Under the pieces are notes generated by a model. That model saw nothing but the letters and a program-made list of their open reading frames with translations. It made no database searches and was not told where the DNA came from. A DNA stretch of 64,000 nt, taken from Mayamaea pseudoterrestris. Its lineage: Eukaryota. The number at the start of each line of letters is the position of its first letter. Positions within the stretch are counted from its first letter, which is position 1. The position numbers were made by a program, and so were the translations under genes. The stretch spans positions 248,001-312,000 of the forward strand of contig BROI01000028.1 in assembly GCA_027923505.1 (NCBI GenBank), read 5' to 3'. Below, piece after piece: positions 11,546 to 23,511 of the stretch.

Positions 11546-11865
11546 CAGCTTTGCATTAAGTTTGCCTAGTGAAATATGTATATTTACAACTAAGGTAGCC
11601 GAGGAAGGATGGTATATACACGCACTGCTGTACAAGTACTTGTACCAGTATTGATAGGTGCTGGACGCGCGAAGCGAGAGCAAGATCCGCGACAACATCG
11701 TAGCGGTACCCACTAGTACCACTCAGACGTTGCGTTACCGCTTTACTAAAATGCAGCAACCAACCATGCGACGGATTCTCACACAGCCTCCTTGATCAGC
11801 AACTCAAGTTATTCGACCGTCTCGACCACTACCCCCTTCACCTTTTTCTCTAGACATTCACAATC

Positions 11866-12565
11866 ATGGTTTCCAAGAAAATGGTAGGTCAACGACGCCG
11901 GAGGGGGCCGCAGATATTCTCTTGCCCGCCCGAGATGGATGTCGTTTCGGGGATTATGATGCGACGGAAATTGACCGGACCCATTTGTGCAAACAGGTTG
12001 ACAGATCTGTAAAGATTTGGATATTGGTCTAGCTATATTTGCAGAACTGCTTAGAATCTGGTCTGTGGCGTCGATTGGGCATTTGATTGCTCCGCTACAA
12101 GCGAATCTCAGTTCGTCGTGTGAAATGAAGCCGGTCAATTTGAAAACGAATATCAGCCTGTGCTCCTTTTACTGAATAGTTTTATTGCAAAATGGCAAAC
12201 GAATCAATGCTCACAGCACGTTGATTCCAATAATTTGTTTCGCTACACAGAAACGCACCCAGGACTCGATGAACAGTCGTCTCAAGCTCGTCATGAAGTC
12301 GGGCAAGGTCCAACTGGGATACAAAATGACGATCAAGGCTCTCCGCAAGACAAAGGCCAAGATGGTGCTTATTGCTTCCAACTGCCCCCACTTGCGAAAG
12401 TCTGAGATTGAATACATGGCCATGCTTGCCAAGACTCCCGTTCATCACTACGGTGGCGACAACACTGCGCTTGGAACTGCATGCGGAAAGCTTTTCAACT
12501 GCAGCATTCTCACTGTCATTGATGCTGGTGACTCGGACATTTTAGTCAGTAGTAACAAGGAATAA
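11866..12565 (+). CDS. RPL30: 60S ribosomal protein L30 (eL30); exon 1 11866-11883, intron 11884-12250, exon 2 12251-12565
   Basis: [25 protein letters not shown]...[30 protein letters not shown]...DAGDSDI. Confidence 0.95.
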
Positions 12566-12761
12566 AATAGTTGCCAAAACTTTTACATGTAGCTGCACAT
12601 GTTTCTTTTACTAAAACACGGCTCATAGTACTCGTAAGTAATCTAAAGATTCATCTCGCCTCTAATAGCCTACATCACTAATTGTTCACTCTTTTGACGA
12701 CTCCAAATTCCAAATCGGCTAGCGGTACAAAAAGAGGATATCGCAACCAGAGCTTAGCAAT

Positions 12762-15700
12762 CTACTTAGCGCCCTTCTTCTTTCTTGCTTTTTTTACTTG
12801 CGCCGTCGACTCCCATTCTTCCTGAGCAACGGGCGCACCAAGTCCTCTCTTGCTGATAAACTCGGTGGCAAAGTTATTGACTGGCGGAGTCGAGCCGAGA
12901 TACGCAGTCAAATATTGCCGAATTTCAGAGGCATTATTGAGAGTCATGCAAAATGACACCAGAGTCAAGTCGTCCGTGCCGTTTAGCTTCATCATCTGGT
13001 CAAGGCACCACTTCTCCAACGCCGGAGACATCTTCGCCCCAAACTCTTCCGCGGCACTCGACGTGGAATTTTGGTGCTGAATTGTAAGGCTTTGTCGGGA
13101 ATTTGCGTCGCCAGAGCTTTGCTGTCGCTCCCGACCACTCGGAACAGGTAAGGAGCTTGCCTTCGTCAGCACGGCAGCGGCCGTTGGCTTGACTGAGCCA
13201 CTTTGCCACGCGGTGCTTCCACCTCGAGCAGCTGCAACGTTGGCCCACCCGCTGCTAGATGCCCCAGGCTTTTGCTGCTGCATCGCAAGGACTGCGTTTC
13301 TGCGAGCTTCTTCTTTTTGAATCTCCGCCAAAGTCTTTGCATTCGTCTTTGGCGAGGGAGTTGTACCCCATGCAGGGGCCGGAGGTGCCGCTGGCGCAGC
13401 CTTGGGCGCTTCCTTGACTGCTTTCGCCGAAGGAGGTGCCGCCTTTCGTTCCTTCGTCTTCTTCTCGACGACAGGCTCGGAAGTTTCTTGCTCGTTTGTG
13501 GGCATCCCAAGCATCATTTTCAATTGCTGCGACGACGAATCGCTACCCCCATTAGCAACTGGTGCTGATGCAGCCGCCGCCGCTGCAGATGCGGCATCTT
13601 CCCTTCTTCTTGCATCCTCTTTCGCCAGTCTCTCCTGCTCTAGTCGCACAGCCTCTTCTCTAGCAAAGCGCGCGCGCTGTTCCCGCTCAGCCGCTTCCTG
13701 CGCTTCAATGCGCGCTCGCTGCTCTGCTTCTCGACGAGCCTTTTCTTCCATTTCCTCCCTAGCAATTTCGGCAGCCGATTTTCCGGGAGCAGCAAAAGCA
13801 TTATCAAGATCTGGAAAGAGCATTTGCAACGGTCGAAATGGCCCAGACTGTTGTTGGCTTATTGGCAGATCTCCTTTAAAGTAGCCTGCCTCCAACCACT
13901 GACGCATTTCATTGGACCGGAACGGTCCTTGAATATTGCCTTGCGGATCTGAATAATACCAAGGTGCATCTGGTACTATCGACGGAATCGCATTGACCGC
14001 AGCCTGTCGTCGCTTTTGCAACTCTTGTTCTTCGCGTCTTCGTCGCTCTTCCTCCTGCTGACGTGCGATATTGTCCTGCTGATGTTGTTGCTGCCATTGG
14101 GCGTTTGTCATGTTCAAAATCGCCATCTCCGCCCCGAACGACGCATCATGACGAATGGTGATGCGTCTAGGGTTTCGCAACAACAAAGCTCGCAGCGCAT
14201 CAACACTGCTGAGAATCGGAATGACTCTAGTATCTTCAGCATGTAGCGTCGACAAAATTGATGGGAGATCTGACCGGCCCCATGAATTTTCAAGTATTGT
14301 GGTAGTGCGCTCTAGCAGTACAGTCTCTACCTGCGACTGAACCACTGCTGGCTGTTGTTGCTGCTGCATTTGCGCTTGTCGCGATCGTTCTTCCGCCTGC
14401 TGCTGAGCAATGCGACGCTGAGTCTCCTCCTCCTGCCGACGTCGAAGCTCATCCGATCTTCTCTTCTGTTCCTCCAGTTCCGACAAGACGTTCATATCGA
14501 GACCCTTGCTGTCAGTTTGGACCGTTGGCAGCAGCGATGTTCCCCATGGGTTTAACGATATGGAAGAGCCGTCAATAGCTTTCTGCTGAGCGGGAATGTC
14601 CCATGGAGATAATGGCTTGTTTTCAGCGCCAGCCAAAGCGCTTAGATTCAAGCCTGGTAACTCATCCCGTTTGACACCAATCATATCCATCAGCCGTGAG
14701 CTTGCCGTTGCGTCCTCAGCACCAGCTTTTACCGCCACGCCCGATAAGGAAGCAACTTGCTCATTGATGTCACTCTCGATGGGTTCGCCAAAATCCTCGA
14801 AAACGTTAACATCGTCACCAGAGCCTGACCGAATCGTCGTTCCAACAGTGGCAAGCGGCCGAGCAGGATCTATCTTAACCAAATGCGTATCATCAGCTTC
14901 AGAATCGGTTCGACTCGCAATTGAATTCGCTCTAGCTCGGTCGCCATGGAGCTCGCGTTCCAACTCCCGCGATGCCTCGGCCATTCGATCAAAGTCAAAT
15001 GGTTCATCACTTGGCGGAGCACCAAATGCACTAAAGTCCATGGCAGCGCCACCTGATGCCGAGACTGGATCATCCCAAAGCTCGTCTGCATTATTAGCAT
15101 CTCGCTGCTTCTTGGCTTGATCGGCCGTCGGTAGTGCAACTCCTCGCTCCCATCGACCCGAACCCTCGCGCCTTCCTCCCGAAGCGGCGCGTCGCGCGCC
15201 AAGTCCACCTTCGTCCAGCGGTTGCAGCGACATGCCTGGAGCCGCAGCCACGATTTTGGAGGTGCGGCGTGGTTGAGTGGCCCAGATTGCGTCAGCGTCA
15301 AAATTATCCCAGCAAACCGGGTCCTGACCTTCCTCGGACAAGATGGCATTACCAAAAAGCTCCTTGAGAGTCTGTGGCGGCTCGGAGAGCGGCGCTGGTC
15401 GCATTGATAGCAGTCGTTCTCGCGTGAATCGAATGACCTTTTGCTGCTGCTCTTGCACCTTTGGCAGATTGCCTTCACTCACATTGGAATCTGAACGCAT
15501 GCGCTCAAATCTACCAGCAGCACCACCGCCTCCTCGAGCCTGCGTCTCTGCAGCCGTCGGAGCCCGAGCTGCAAGTTCTGAGAGTGACCGTCCACTTGAT
15601 TTGCCGGATGTCGTGGCAGTTGAGCTTGCTGTCGCTCCAGAGCCACGCAATGCGTCACTGCGAATGTGATTGTTACTATGGTTTCCTCCTCCAAGCGCTG

Positions 15701-15896
15701 CTGCTGCAGCTGCTGCATCCTCCTCATCATCCAACGCAGCAAAGGCGTTCATGTCTCGTCGGACTACCGAATGTACTGGCTCATGATTCGTTTCAGTCTT
15801 TTTCGTTCGTTCCGAAGCAACGGTGGGAGGCGGTTGGAAGCCCTTGCTTCCGCCCTTCCAAGCAGGTCGAAGCGACGAACTTGTGGAGGAGCTCAT
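12762..15896 (-). CDS. GYF-domain protein (GIGYF/Smy2-like translational repressor)
   Basis: GYF domain WYYSDPQGNIQGPF...MRQWLEAGYF. N-terminal 'IRFTRERLL' eIF4E-family-binding-like motif. C-terminal 'WC...LVSFCMTL...EIRQYLTAYLG...FATEF'. Confidence 0.88.
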   Translation of the reverse strand: MSSSTSSSLRPAWKGGSKGFQPPPTVASERTKKTETNHEPVHSVVRRDMNAFAALDDEEDAAAAAAALGGGNHSNNHIRSDALRGSGATASSTATTSGKSSGRSLSELAARAPTAAETQARGGGGAAGRFERMRSDSNVSEGNLPKVQEQQQKVIRFTRERLLSMRPAPLSEPPQTLKELFGNAILSEEGQDPVCWDNFDADAIWATQPRRTSKIVAAAPGMSLQPLDEGGLGARRAASGGRREGSGRWERGVALPTADQAKKQRDANNADELWDDPVSASGGAAMDFSAFGAPPSDEPFDFDRMAEASRELERELHGDRARANSIASRTDSEADDTHLVKIDPARPLATVGTTIRSGSGDDVNVFEDFGEPIESDINEQVASLSGVAVKAGAEDATASSRLMDMIGVKRDELPGLNLSALAGAENKPLSPWDIPAQQKAIDGSSISLNPWGTSLLPTVQTDSKGLDMNVLSELEEQKRRSDELRRRQEEETQRRIAQQQAEERSRQAQMQQQQQPAVVQSQVETVLLERTTTILENSWGRSDLPSILSTLHAEDTRVIPILSSVDALRALLLRNPRRITIRHDASFGAEMAILNMTNAQWQQQHQQDNIARQQEEERRRREEQELQKRRQAAVNAIPSIVPDAPWYYSDPQGNIQGPFRSNEMRQWLEAGYFKGDLPISQQQSGPFRPLQMLFPDLDNAFAAPGKSAAEIAREEMEEKARREAEQRARIEAQEAAEREQRARFAREEAVRLEQERLAKEDARRREDAASAAAAAASAPVANGGSDSSSQQLKMMLGMPTNEQETSEPVVEKKTKERKAAPPSAKAVKEAPKAAPAAPPAPAWGTTPSPKTNAKTLAEIQKEEARRNAVLAMQQQKPGASSSGWANVAAARGGSTAWQSGSVKPTAAAVLTKASSLPVPSGRERQQSSGDANSRQSLTIQHQNSTSSAAEEFGAKMSPALEKWCLDQMMKLNGTDDLTLVSFCMTLNNASEIRQYLTAYLGSTPPVNNFATEFISKRGLGAPVAQEEWESTAQVKKARKKKGAK

Positions 15897-16567
15897 TTGA
15901 AAATGACGTTGCGTAGCGTATGCAGTAATCGAATGTACAAGCCGAAAGCGTTGCTGGTATGCTGATCGATTTGTATGGTGTGTGTCAGCTGAGCGAGACC
16001 GTCTGTTGAAAGGCAAGAGAGGCGTCAAAAGCGAATGAGAAACTTGACGTGCAAGATTCCGTTCCATAACGTAAAACTAGACGATCGAGGGAATCCTAAA
16101 ACAAAATCTTTCGTTCCAGAACCATGGTCGTCAAACATGCAGCTTTTGCCATAATATAGTCGCCGTTACGATACAAATAGAAGTCTACAGTGTTCTTTGA
16201 ACAGAATGGAGCAGAAATTTTAACAGTCGGATGGAGATACGGTCACTAATCCCGCAAACAGAGGGCACCCGAGACGCATAACCTACCGCGCAGTTTGTGC
16301 ACGAAGATCGGATTCCCTCGAATACGTCATCAGCGCGCCGCGAACCGAGGAATTTGCCGAAAGTAGCCTTACTAGTAGCCTACCCATGTTTTACCTTTTC
16401 AATCTTTCGTAGTTTATAACAAGATGTGGAAGAGATCATCTATGATGAAGTACGCTAACGTGACATTTGAAACCGTAAATCGTGCCGTGCTAAGCTTAAA
16501 TGAATCATCGCATAGTATGGGTGAGGCGAAAACGCTCCACTATAATGCACATCTACCATTTCAGCGA

Positions 16568-17832
16568 TTAAACAGGCAGCTCGCCCGAATCGGCAATGGT
16601 AACCTTGGCCTTTGGGGTGCCCGAGTTGGTTCCCTGAGCTTCAATGTTCTTGACAATGTCCGTTCCTTCCAAGACCTTTCCAAAGACAACGTGACGACCA
16701 TCCAACCAGGGAGTTTTGACAGTTGTGAGGAAGAATTGCGATCCATTCGTGTCTGCAATGAATGTGGAGAAAACGATTAGCGAAATTGACTCGCAATCTC
16801 AGCGCAGTGCACGCTCCAATGGCAAAGAAACTCACCCTTGCCAGCGTTTGCCATGCTCAAGTAAAAGGGTCCTTCGTGCTTTAGTTCAAAGTTCTCGTCA
16901 GCAAACTTTTCACCTTCAATTAGAAGTAGACTTTGCGTGAGTCGAAATGTAACACAACAGTGTTATACAAGGCGTCGACATTAGAAGCGCGACGTACCGT
17001 AAATGCTCTCGCCTGGAAGGATGAGAACAAGTTATACTGAGACTTTCGTAGCATGCAGTTATGAACCGGATACAAAGGCACCAGGTTACACAGTCATACA
17101 ACTGGCTACACGGCTTTTGGTATCCCCAGCCGTGCCCGAATTAAACGCTTCTCGCTTTTAGGGTATCCAGATCCAGAGGGCCGGCCAATAATCGGCCACG
17201 ATGGGAGCTATTTCATATGAGATCAACTGCAGCACTCAGACTCACCTCCGCGTCCATTGAACTGCGTAAAATCACCTCCCTGGACCATAAAGTTGGCTGT
17301 TTTCGGCAAGAAGAGTGATGCGTCAGAGTCGTTTCATGCATGCTCATAGACTGCAGTCGTCAGTCGTCAGTCGTCGCCATCCGCTTTGTTGTTACTTACG
17401 AATGATGCGATGAAAGATTGATCCCTTGTAGTGCAGAGGCTTGCCAGATTTGCCAGTGCCCTTTTCGCCAGTGCAAAGCGCCCGAAAGTTCTCCGCCGTC
17501 TTTGGAACCGTGTCACCAAAGAGGCCCATGACGATGCGGCCGCCAGTGTTGGATCCTTCAATCTCAACGTCGAAAAAGACCTTGTGCGTGACCTTTTCTC
17601 CGGAGCTGCAAAAGTTATATGAATCAAGCACAGCGTCAGAAAACAAAATGATACTAGTTGTGCTAACAGCATGAGAAATCCTGCAAACGTGCAATCCCTT
17701 GTTGCTCGGTCAATCCTTTTGCTCATTTTTGTTCGCTTTCAGAAAGCACTTGGCCATAGCTGTCACTTACGATTCCACAGGCACAAACACCACAAAGAGA
17801 ACAGAGAGGATCGATAACAAAAAGAGCTTCAT
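16568..17832 (-). CDS. Secretory-pathway cyclophilin (peptidyl-prolyl isomerase, cyclophilin-B-like); 6 exons including a 15-nt microexon (16998-17012)
   Basis: Spliced by hand: [13 protein letters not shown]..|[95 protein letters not shown]. All introns are GT-AG. Confidence 0.92.
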
Positions 17833-18371
17833 GGCAAGACGTTCACGGTAACTACGTTGTTTTGGAGGACCACTTTGTTTGGTCATGGCGAATGGCTTTC
17901 GCGAAAGATCCATTCAGTCACGCTAGTCTTAGCGGTACTGGTTTCAAGCGGCACTGAAAACACAGAACTTCGTGTCCGCCATTGAGGAGCGCAAATTTCG
18001 TGCACGTACATCAAGCGCGACTATCGTGTTAACAAGTTTATTCTAACAATAGCAAAGCGACCATACTGGCACTTGATAGAGAGGAGAATAGTAGTGGGGC
18101 AGTAGAAGAATTTGGACGAAGACAGCGAGTATAGCTGACTGTCACTTCACTGACACGCACGCACGGTGCAGTTTCATTTCCCATTTTCGACGCGACCTGC
18201 AACCATTCGACGCCGCTTAACTTCGTAGTTGCTGCCACTACTTGCGACTGCTTCGTTAGGAGACCTTCTAACGTGCAAAACAGTAACGGATTATAACAAT
18301 TGAATCGCACGCACAACGCGACCGCAACATTATCACATATCCGATTCCAGCAATTTGTTTTACAATCAACC

Positions 18372-19904
18372 ATGGGCGGCAAGCGAATGATTGGAGAATA
18401 CAGTGAGGATCATCTTGTTCGTACTGCCAAGGATGTTGTAATAAAAAAGACAAAGGATTCTGTGGTCCTCGACCCGGTGGCGGAGCAAAAGATACCAAAG
18501 TTTGATCTCGATGGTATGTGCTGTTGTTCTGCAATTGAACCACTATGTTGCTTGTCATCATCACCGCCGTTTTGCTCTAACGCTTACATCCATCAATACA
18601 CAGAATTGACAATTGGCCGCGTACTTGGTCGCGGTGGCTTTTGTGTCGTGAACGAGATTAGTAGAATCAAGCTCAAGAAGCAAGCAGCACCGACGGACGG
18701 TTCCAATCACACTTCCGATCAGGCGGACGAGAGCGTCATTTATAACGTCGTTCAAGATCGAGCTTTCATGGAAAAGTACTGTATTCGCGACAAAAAGGAC
18801 ACTCGCTACGCTATCAAGAAACTGCAAGAGTCCGCATGGCGTGATCCGCAAACCTTTATCAATGGCATTGTCGACTTGGCCATTGAGGCACGCTTTTTGA
18901 GTGTGATTCGGCACCCCAACATTATCAAAATGAGAGCCGTCGGCTCTGGTTCGCCCGTCTCGACGACTTACTTTGTCGTCCTTGATCGCCTGTATGATAC
19001 CTTGTCGGTGCGACTGAACAAGTGGCGGCAGCGAAAGTTTACTGGCATCAAGCGACTGTTGGACCGCAAGGGCAAGAAGGAATTGGCGTTTTGGTTGGAG
19101 CGAGTGACGGTCGCATATGACTTGACAGTTGCATTGAAGCATTTACACGACATGCAGTAAGTGATAGTCTTTGTTTTGCGTGTAATGGTTTGTTTGAACT
19201 CAATCTCATCAAATAATCATTTCTTCTCACTCTACTCAAACAACAGCATCATGTACCGAGACGTGAAACCCGATAAGTAAGTTGAGCAAATTAAACCGTA
19301 TATACAGTACGGCAGTGTGGACGAGTTCAAGCTAACCTCCTTACTGTTTCTCTCAGCATCGGATTTGATGTGCGAGGAGACGTCAAAATATTCGACTTCG
19401 GCCTTGCAAAAGAATTTGACCCGGACAAGTCAACAGACGGCTTGTATAATTTAACTGGCGATACAGGCAGCCCTCGATATATGGCAATTGTAAGTGAGAT
19501 GCTGCTTTCTAAGATTGTTGCTTCCGCCGTCATTTAACATTTAATATACTATGCAGGAAGTTGCATTAAACAAGCCGTACAACGAAAAAGTTGATGTATA
19601 CTCCATGGCAATCCTTTGTTGGCAAATGTTTTCTATGGAAACACCTTTTGAGGGCTACACGGTGCGTATGTTCAACAAGAAAATAGTGGAAGGTGGGCAT
19701 CGTCCGAAATGCGAGGCGACGTGGCCAGTGGAGATCCAGAACATGCTTCGACAGGGCTGGTGCGAGTCGAAGGACCGTCTGTCAATGGAGGAATTCTCCA
19801 ACGTGTTGCGGGATGAAATCAACAAGAACTCGGACGAAGAAGTCTGTGATATTATGGATGCCTCGCGAAAGAGTGAAATGTCGTTACGGCGAGGACAAAA
19901 TTGA
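18372..19904 (+). CDS. Protein kinase (TKL-like, stramenopile type); 5 exons (introns 18514-18603, 19157-19246, 19277-19356, 19490-19556)
   Basis: Spliced motifs LGRGGFCVV, YAIK, YRDVKPDNIGF, DFG, TGSPRYMAIE and DVYS. Confidence 0.9.
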
Positions 19905-20043
19905 CATGGAACTCGTTGTGACGCGACTGTAATTTTGAGCATTATGCTATTTTGTTTTCTCTAATAAGTTTCTAATCATTTGTATCTACAATTTTACGTG
20001 CATCTTTCGTTGCAATCCAACCTACGCATGAACACCATGAAGT

Positions 20044-20889
20044 TTAGAGTCGCAATCTTCCTCGACTCACAACCCAGACGGTCGCAATGAGTGCCCCGAG
20101 GCCCGCATTCAATGGCTTGAGTTCCTCAATTATTTTCGACAACGAGGACCCAACAGGACCTTGCTTACCAGTCAGTGTTGCAGCAAACGGCAGATTGCTC
20201 GTGACACTATCATAGTGCGGATCCATGCTACCTCCCAAGTTGCGACGATAGCGTGAATCCGTGTGCGAGCCGCCCAACCACGCCACCAACGCTGGGCCCA
20301 TCCACCAAAGACGCAATGGCGCTCCTGCCGGATGCAAAGCAGCGTTGCCCAATCCAATTAAACCAAAGCTCCACAAGCCTGGATGTCTCGTGATGCGTTC
20401 CAAACCAAATAGGCAAGCAGACGGATCGGCAGCGTTCGTCTCCTGCGACCCTTGACGAGGCGCAAAGTCGAACGGACATCGTACCTGCATGGTCGTCGGT
20501 GAAATCGGAACTTGCATGGCTGGTAAACCTTGCAGTGCCAGCACCAATCCAAGGGTAAGACTCGTCCAAGACGCCGCCATGGCAACAATTGGATGACGCA
20601 GCAGGCCGAACCGAGTTACTGCACTTGCGACGGAAGATGCTTGCTGCTGCTGCCGCTTGCGCAAATAGTAGTAGGAATATCCAATGGATCCCATGGCGGC
20701 GGTACTGCAGGTTCCGTAGAGCCAGTGGTAGGGGTCGTCGCCTAGTTGGTCAATGAGAAAGGTGCGATTCTCCGAAAGGACTGCATTCTCGGCGACGAAC
20801 AAGGCCCATCCTGAGAGTGCCCAGCCAATGGATGACGTGAATGGAATTTTTGTAGCTGCTTTTGCAGTTGCTGTAGTTGCAGCATTCAT
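20044..20889 (-). CDS. NnrU-like domain membrane protein
   Basis: Several TM helices. 'GLERITRHPGLWSFGL', 'HTDSRYR' and 'TSNLPFAA' resemble NnrU/Z-ISO-family motifs. Confidence 0.65.
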   Translation of the reverse strand: MNAATTATAKAATKIPFTSSIGWALSGWALFVAENAVLSENRTFLIDQLGDDPYHWLYGTCSTAAMGSIGYSYYYLRKRQQQQASSVASAVTRFGLLRHPIVAMAASWTSLTLGLVLALQGLPAMQVPISPTTMQVRCPFDFAPRQGSQETNAADPSACLFGLERITRHPGLWSFGLIGLGNAALHPAGAPLRLWWMGPALVAWLGGSHTDSRYRRNLGGSMDPHYDSVTSNLPFAATLTGKQGPVGSSLSKIIEELKPLNAGLGALIATVWVVSRGRLRL

Positions 20890-21146
20890 GATTTACGAAT
20901 GCTGTGAAGGTATGAAGAGAGAAAGTAGAGTGAATGTTGTTGTGTTCGTGTGATTGCGGCGAAAAATGAAGCAAGCATGAAAACGAAGCATTGATGACGT
21001 GGCAAAACCGTTCCGACGTCTGAAACTCGCGCGCGATGACCGCGACCGCGCCATCATGACCGTCGATCAAAAGCGCGAGAGATCCAACGGCTTTCTTCTT
21101 AGCATTGCACCAATCGACTTCATCATTGACAGACACAAAGAGCAAG

Positions 21147-22481
21147 ATGTCAGCCATGTTTGCCAATATAGCCAAGTTTCAAAGCCGACGAAATGCCGCG
21201 GTGCGAGGCAGTGACGACGAGCAAGAATCAGACGATGACGACGATCAGAGCTACAACAACGACAAGGCTTACAATGGAACAGACGACGTTGCTAACTTCC
21301 TACCATTGGAGGAGCATAATCATGCAGACCCCATAACAGCAGCAATCTCGTCTTCGCCTCAATCGGGATTACCCTCATCCTCCTCTCGCCATGCCGAAAA
21401 GGCATCCAATTCAACAAGCCAGCAGCATCCATGTTCTAAGATCCAATTAACCATCAAAAAATACGCCAACATGATTCTCAATCGCAAATTGCGCAGTACA
21501 AAGGTCATGGCACTATTTCTTCTACTCTTTATTGTCAAACTTGCAATCGCGACGATTGTCTTGCGAAAGCTGGCTGGAGGTAATAATGGAACGACGGTTG
21601 ATTCCTCTTTGAATGCTGCAGCAGCATCAGCCGCAACAACGAGCTGGTTCCAGGCACCATTTACCGTCAGTGGCTTGCTCATATGGACGCAGAAGCATCC
21701 ACTACAAGGAATGCTATGTTTAATACTAGTCATTGCTGGTGCCGTTGTTGTCATGGTGCCTGTTGGAACGCCGCTGACGCTTGGATGCGGATACATTTAC
21801 AAGGGCGCCTACGGCTGGAAGGTTGGTTTAAGCATTGCAACTTTTGTGGCAATCGGTGGAAGTGCACTGGGCGCCGTCACTTGCTTTGTGCTTGGTCGAT
21901 ACCTGATGCGAAACCAGGTGCGGTCCTGGACGAAATCGTATCCGTTGTTCGGAGCTATTGACATTGCCACCAAGGAGAATGGGCTCAAAATCATGGCCAT
22001 GCTTTATTTGACGCCAATTCTTCCACTCGGGCCCGTTAGTTACATGTGTGGAACGACGTCAATGAAGCTGAGTCACTTTGTGGTCGCCAAGATTGCCTCC
22101 TTGCCGCTCATGTTTCTGTATACATTCATTGGCGCCAGCATGAGCGCTTTGATTGGTACGGGCTCCAAGGGCATGGAGGATGAACTCAAGGAGATTGAGT
22201 CGAATCGAACCTTGATTATATCTGGTATTTGCTTGAGCTTTGTCATGATTGCGGGCATTACACATTACATCAAGAAGGAATTGAACAGGGTAAGTCGGTG
22301 CATCGAGCGATGCTGCAAGCTAGCGAACTCCGTGCATGTTTTAATCCATGTCTCTCTTTGACAGATACTGGAGCGCCAGCAAAAGTTAAAACCTGGGGAA
22401 GAGGACGATACGAATACTGACCTTGAAGAAGGCGATGCTTCGACGATTGAGCTGAAATCAACTCGCCGACGGGCAAAGTAG
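21147..22481 (+). CDS. VTT/DedA (SNARE-associated Golgi protein, TMEM64/Tvp38-like) membrane protein; intron 22290-22364
   Basis: 'VP.GTPLTLGCGYIY', 'GSALGA..CF.LGRYL.R' and 'LTPILPLGPVSYMCG.T'. The final exon reads in frame to TAG at 22481. Confidence 0.85.
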
Positions 22482-22819
22482 CTATCGCAGATGCTTTTCG
22501 ATTTAAACATGATTACGTCGAAGGGAGATTTGGGCTGTAAGATGGCCCATGGGCTTCTATCTTAGAAGCTTGACCTTATCGCGTTGGCAATGCCAAACTC
22601 TTCTCATAATAACAGTGCCAGCCGACCGCTAGCCATTGGGACTCGTTTCATAGCGTCCCCATAAGTTAACAGTCTAAGCTGTGAGCGTATGGCTAACTTA
22701 ATTTGCCGCATAATGCTAGTTTTATGGTGGACAAATCATTATGCTGCAGTCTCTACAGCAACTAAAAACGATCAATGGTTAATAAAGTTCGTACAACCGC
22801 ATAATCTATTGCATTTGTT

Positions 22820-23212
22820 TTACGCGGCTAGCTTTGTCGCAATAATTTGCGCTTTTTGCTTCTTGGCAACCATCACCTTGAATCGCCCAAAGTCGTTCAA
22901 GTTTGCCCGCTTGCTTCGCGACGCCAGTTTCTTGGCCCAGCTGCTCGCCTCCCACTTTTCCAATGTTCCAGCGTCTGCGTATGCCTTCTCTAAAGTCTTT
23001 TGGCGGGCATTTCTTTGGATTTTCACAGTCAAGTCGGTCAATGCCACTCGTCCAAAGGAAATGACTTGTCGCACAATTCCTTGGCCGGGAGGAGCGTCAA
23101 TGAGACACTTGTTTTGGTCGACAATATCAATGACACAGGCGAGCTTTCCCTTGTCTGGACCAAAGTTGATCAGGACGATGCGTCCGACTTCCATGTAGCG
23201 ACTGAACGGCAT
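22820..23212 (-). CDS. RPL14: 60S ribosomal protein L14 (eL14)
   Basis: MPFSRYMEVGRIVLINFGPDKGKLACVIDIVDQNKCLID...SSWAKK...LNDFGRFKVM. Confidence 0.95.
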   Translation of the reverse strand: MPFSRYMEVGRIVLINFGPDKGKLACVIDIVDQNKCLIDAPPGQGIVRQVISFGRVALTDLTVKIQRNARQKTLEKAYADAGTLEKWEASSWAKKLASRSKRANLNDFGRFKVMVAKKQKAQIIATKLAA

Positions 23213-23511
23213 GATGGCAGTGTTTGTAGGTGCTATGAATGAGGTGAGAAGATGGGTGCACGGCGAGTTGTTCGAATGCATCGAGCTGCGGCTGGAACCG
23301 TGTCGGAAGGTTTTAGTAAGCGGTAAGATGAATGAATGCTCATTAGCGTCTGACAATTGACTCGAGCAACGTGATCATTTACCGTTCACGTGCGCACCTG
23401 AGCACTTCATTATCGCACCACGACTTGTTATTGGATGGCGTCGTGACCGCTATCTCATCACACTGACTTGCTTCTTGAGCAACAGCAGTCTGCTCAAATA
23501 AACAATCAACC
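23213..23511. promoter_or_regulatory. Probable bidirectional promoter shared by RPL14 and RPL8
   Basis: The two ribosomal protein start codons diverge ~300 bp apart. Confidence 0.55.

Noticed and set aside
12185..12250. ORF-track N-terminal extensions (RPL30, RPL14, UTP25, GYF protein, IAH1, aminotransferase)
   Set aside because: They start at TTG/GTG or lie in introns or UTRs. Family-typical starts or spliced first exons explain the genes better.
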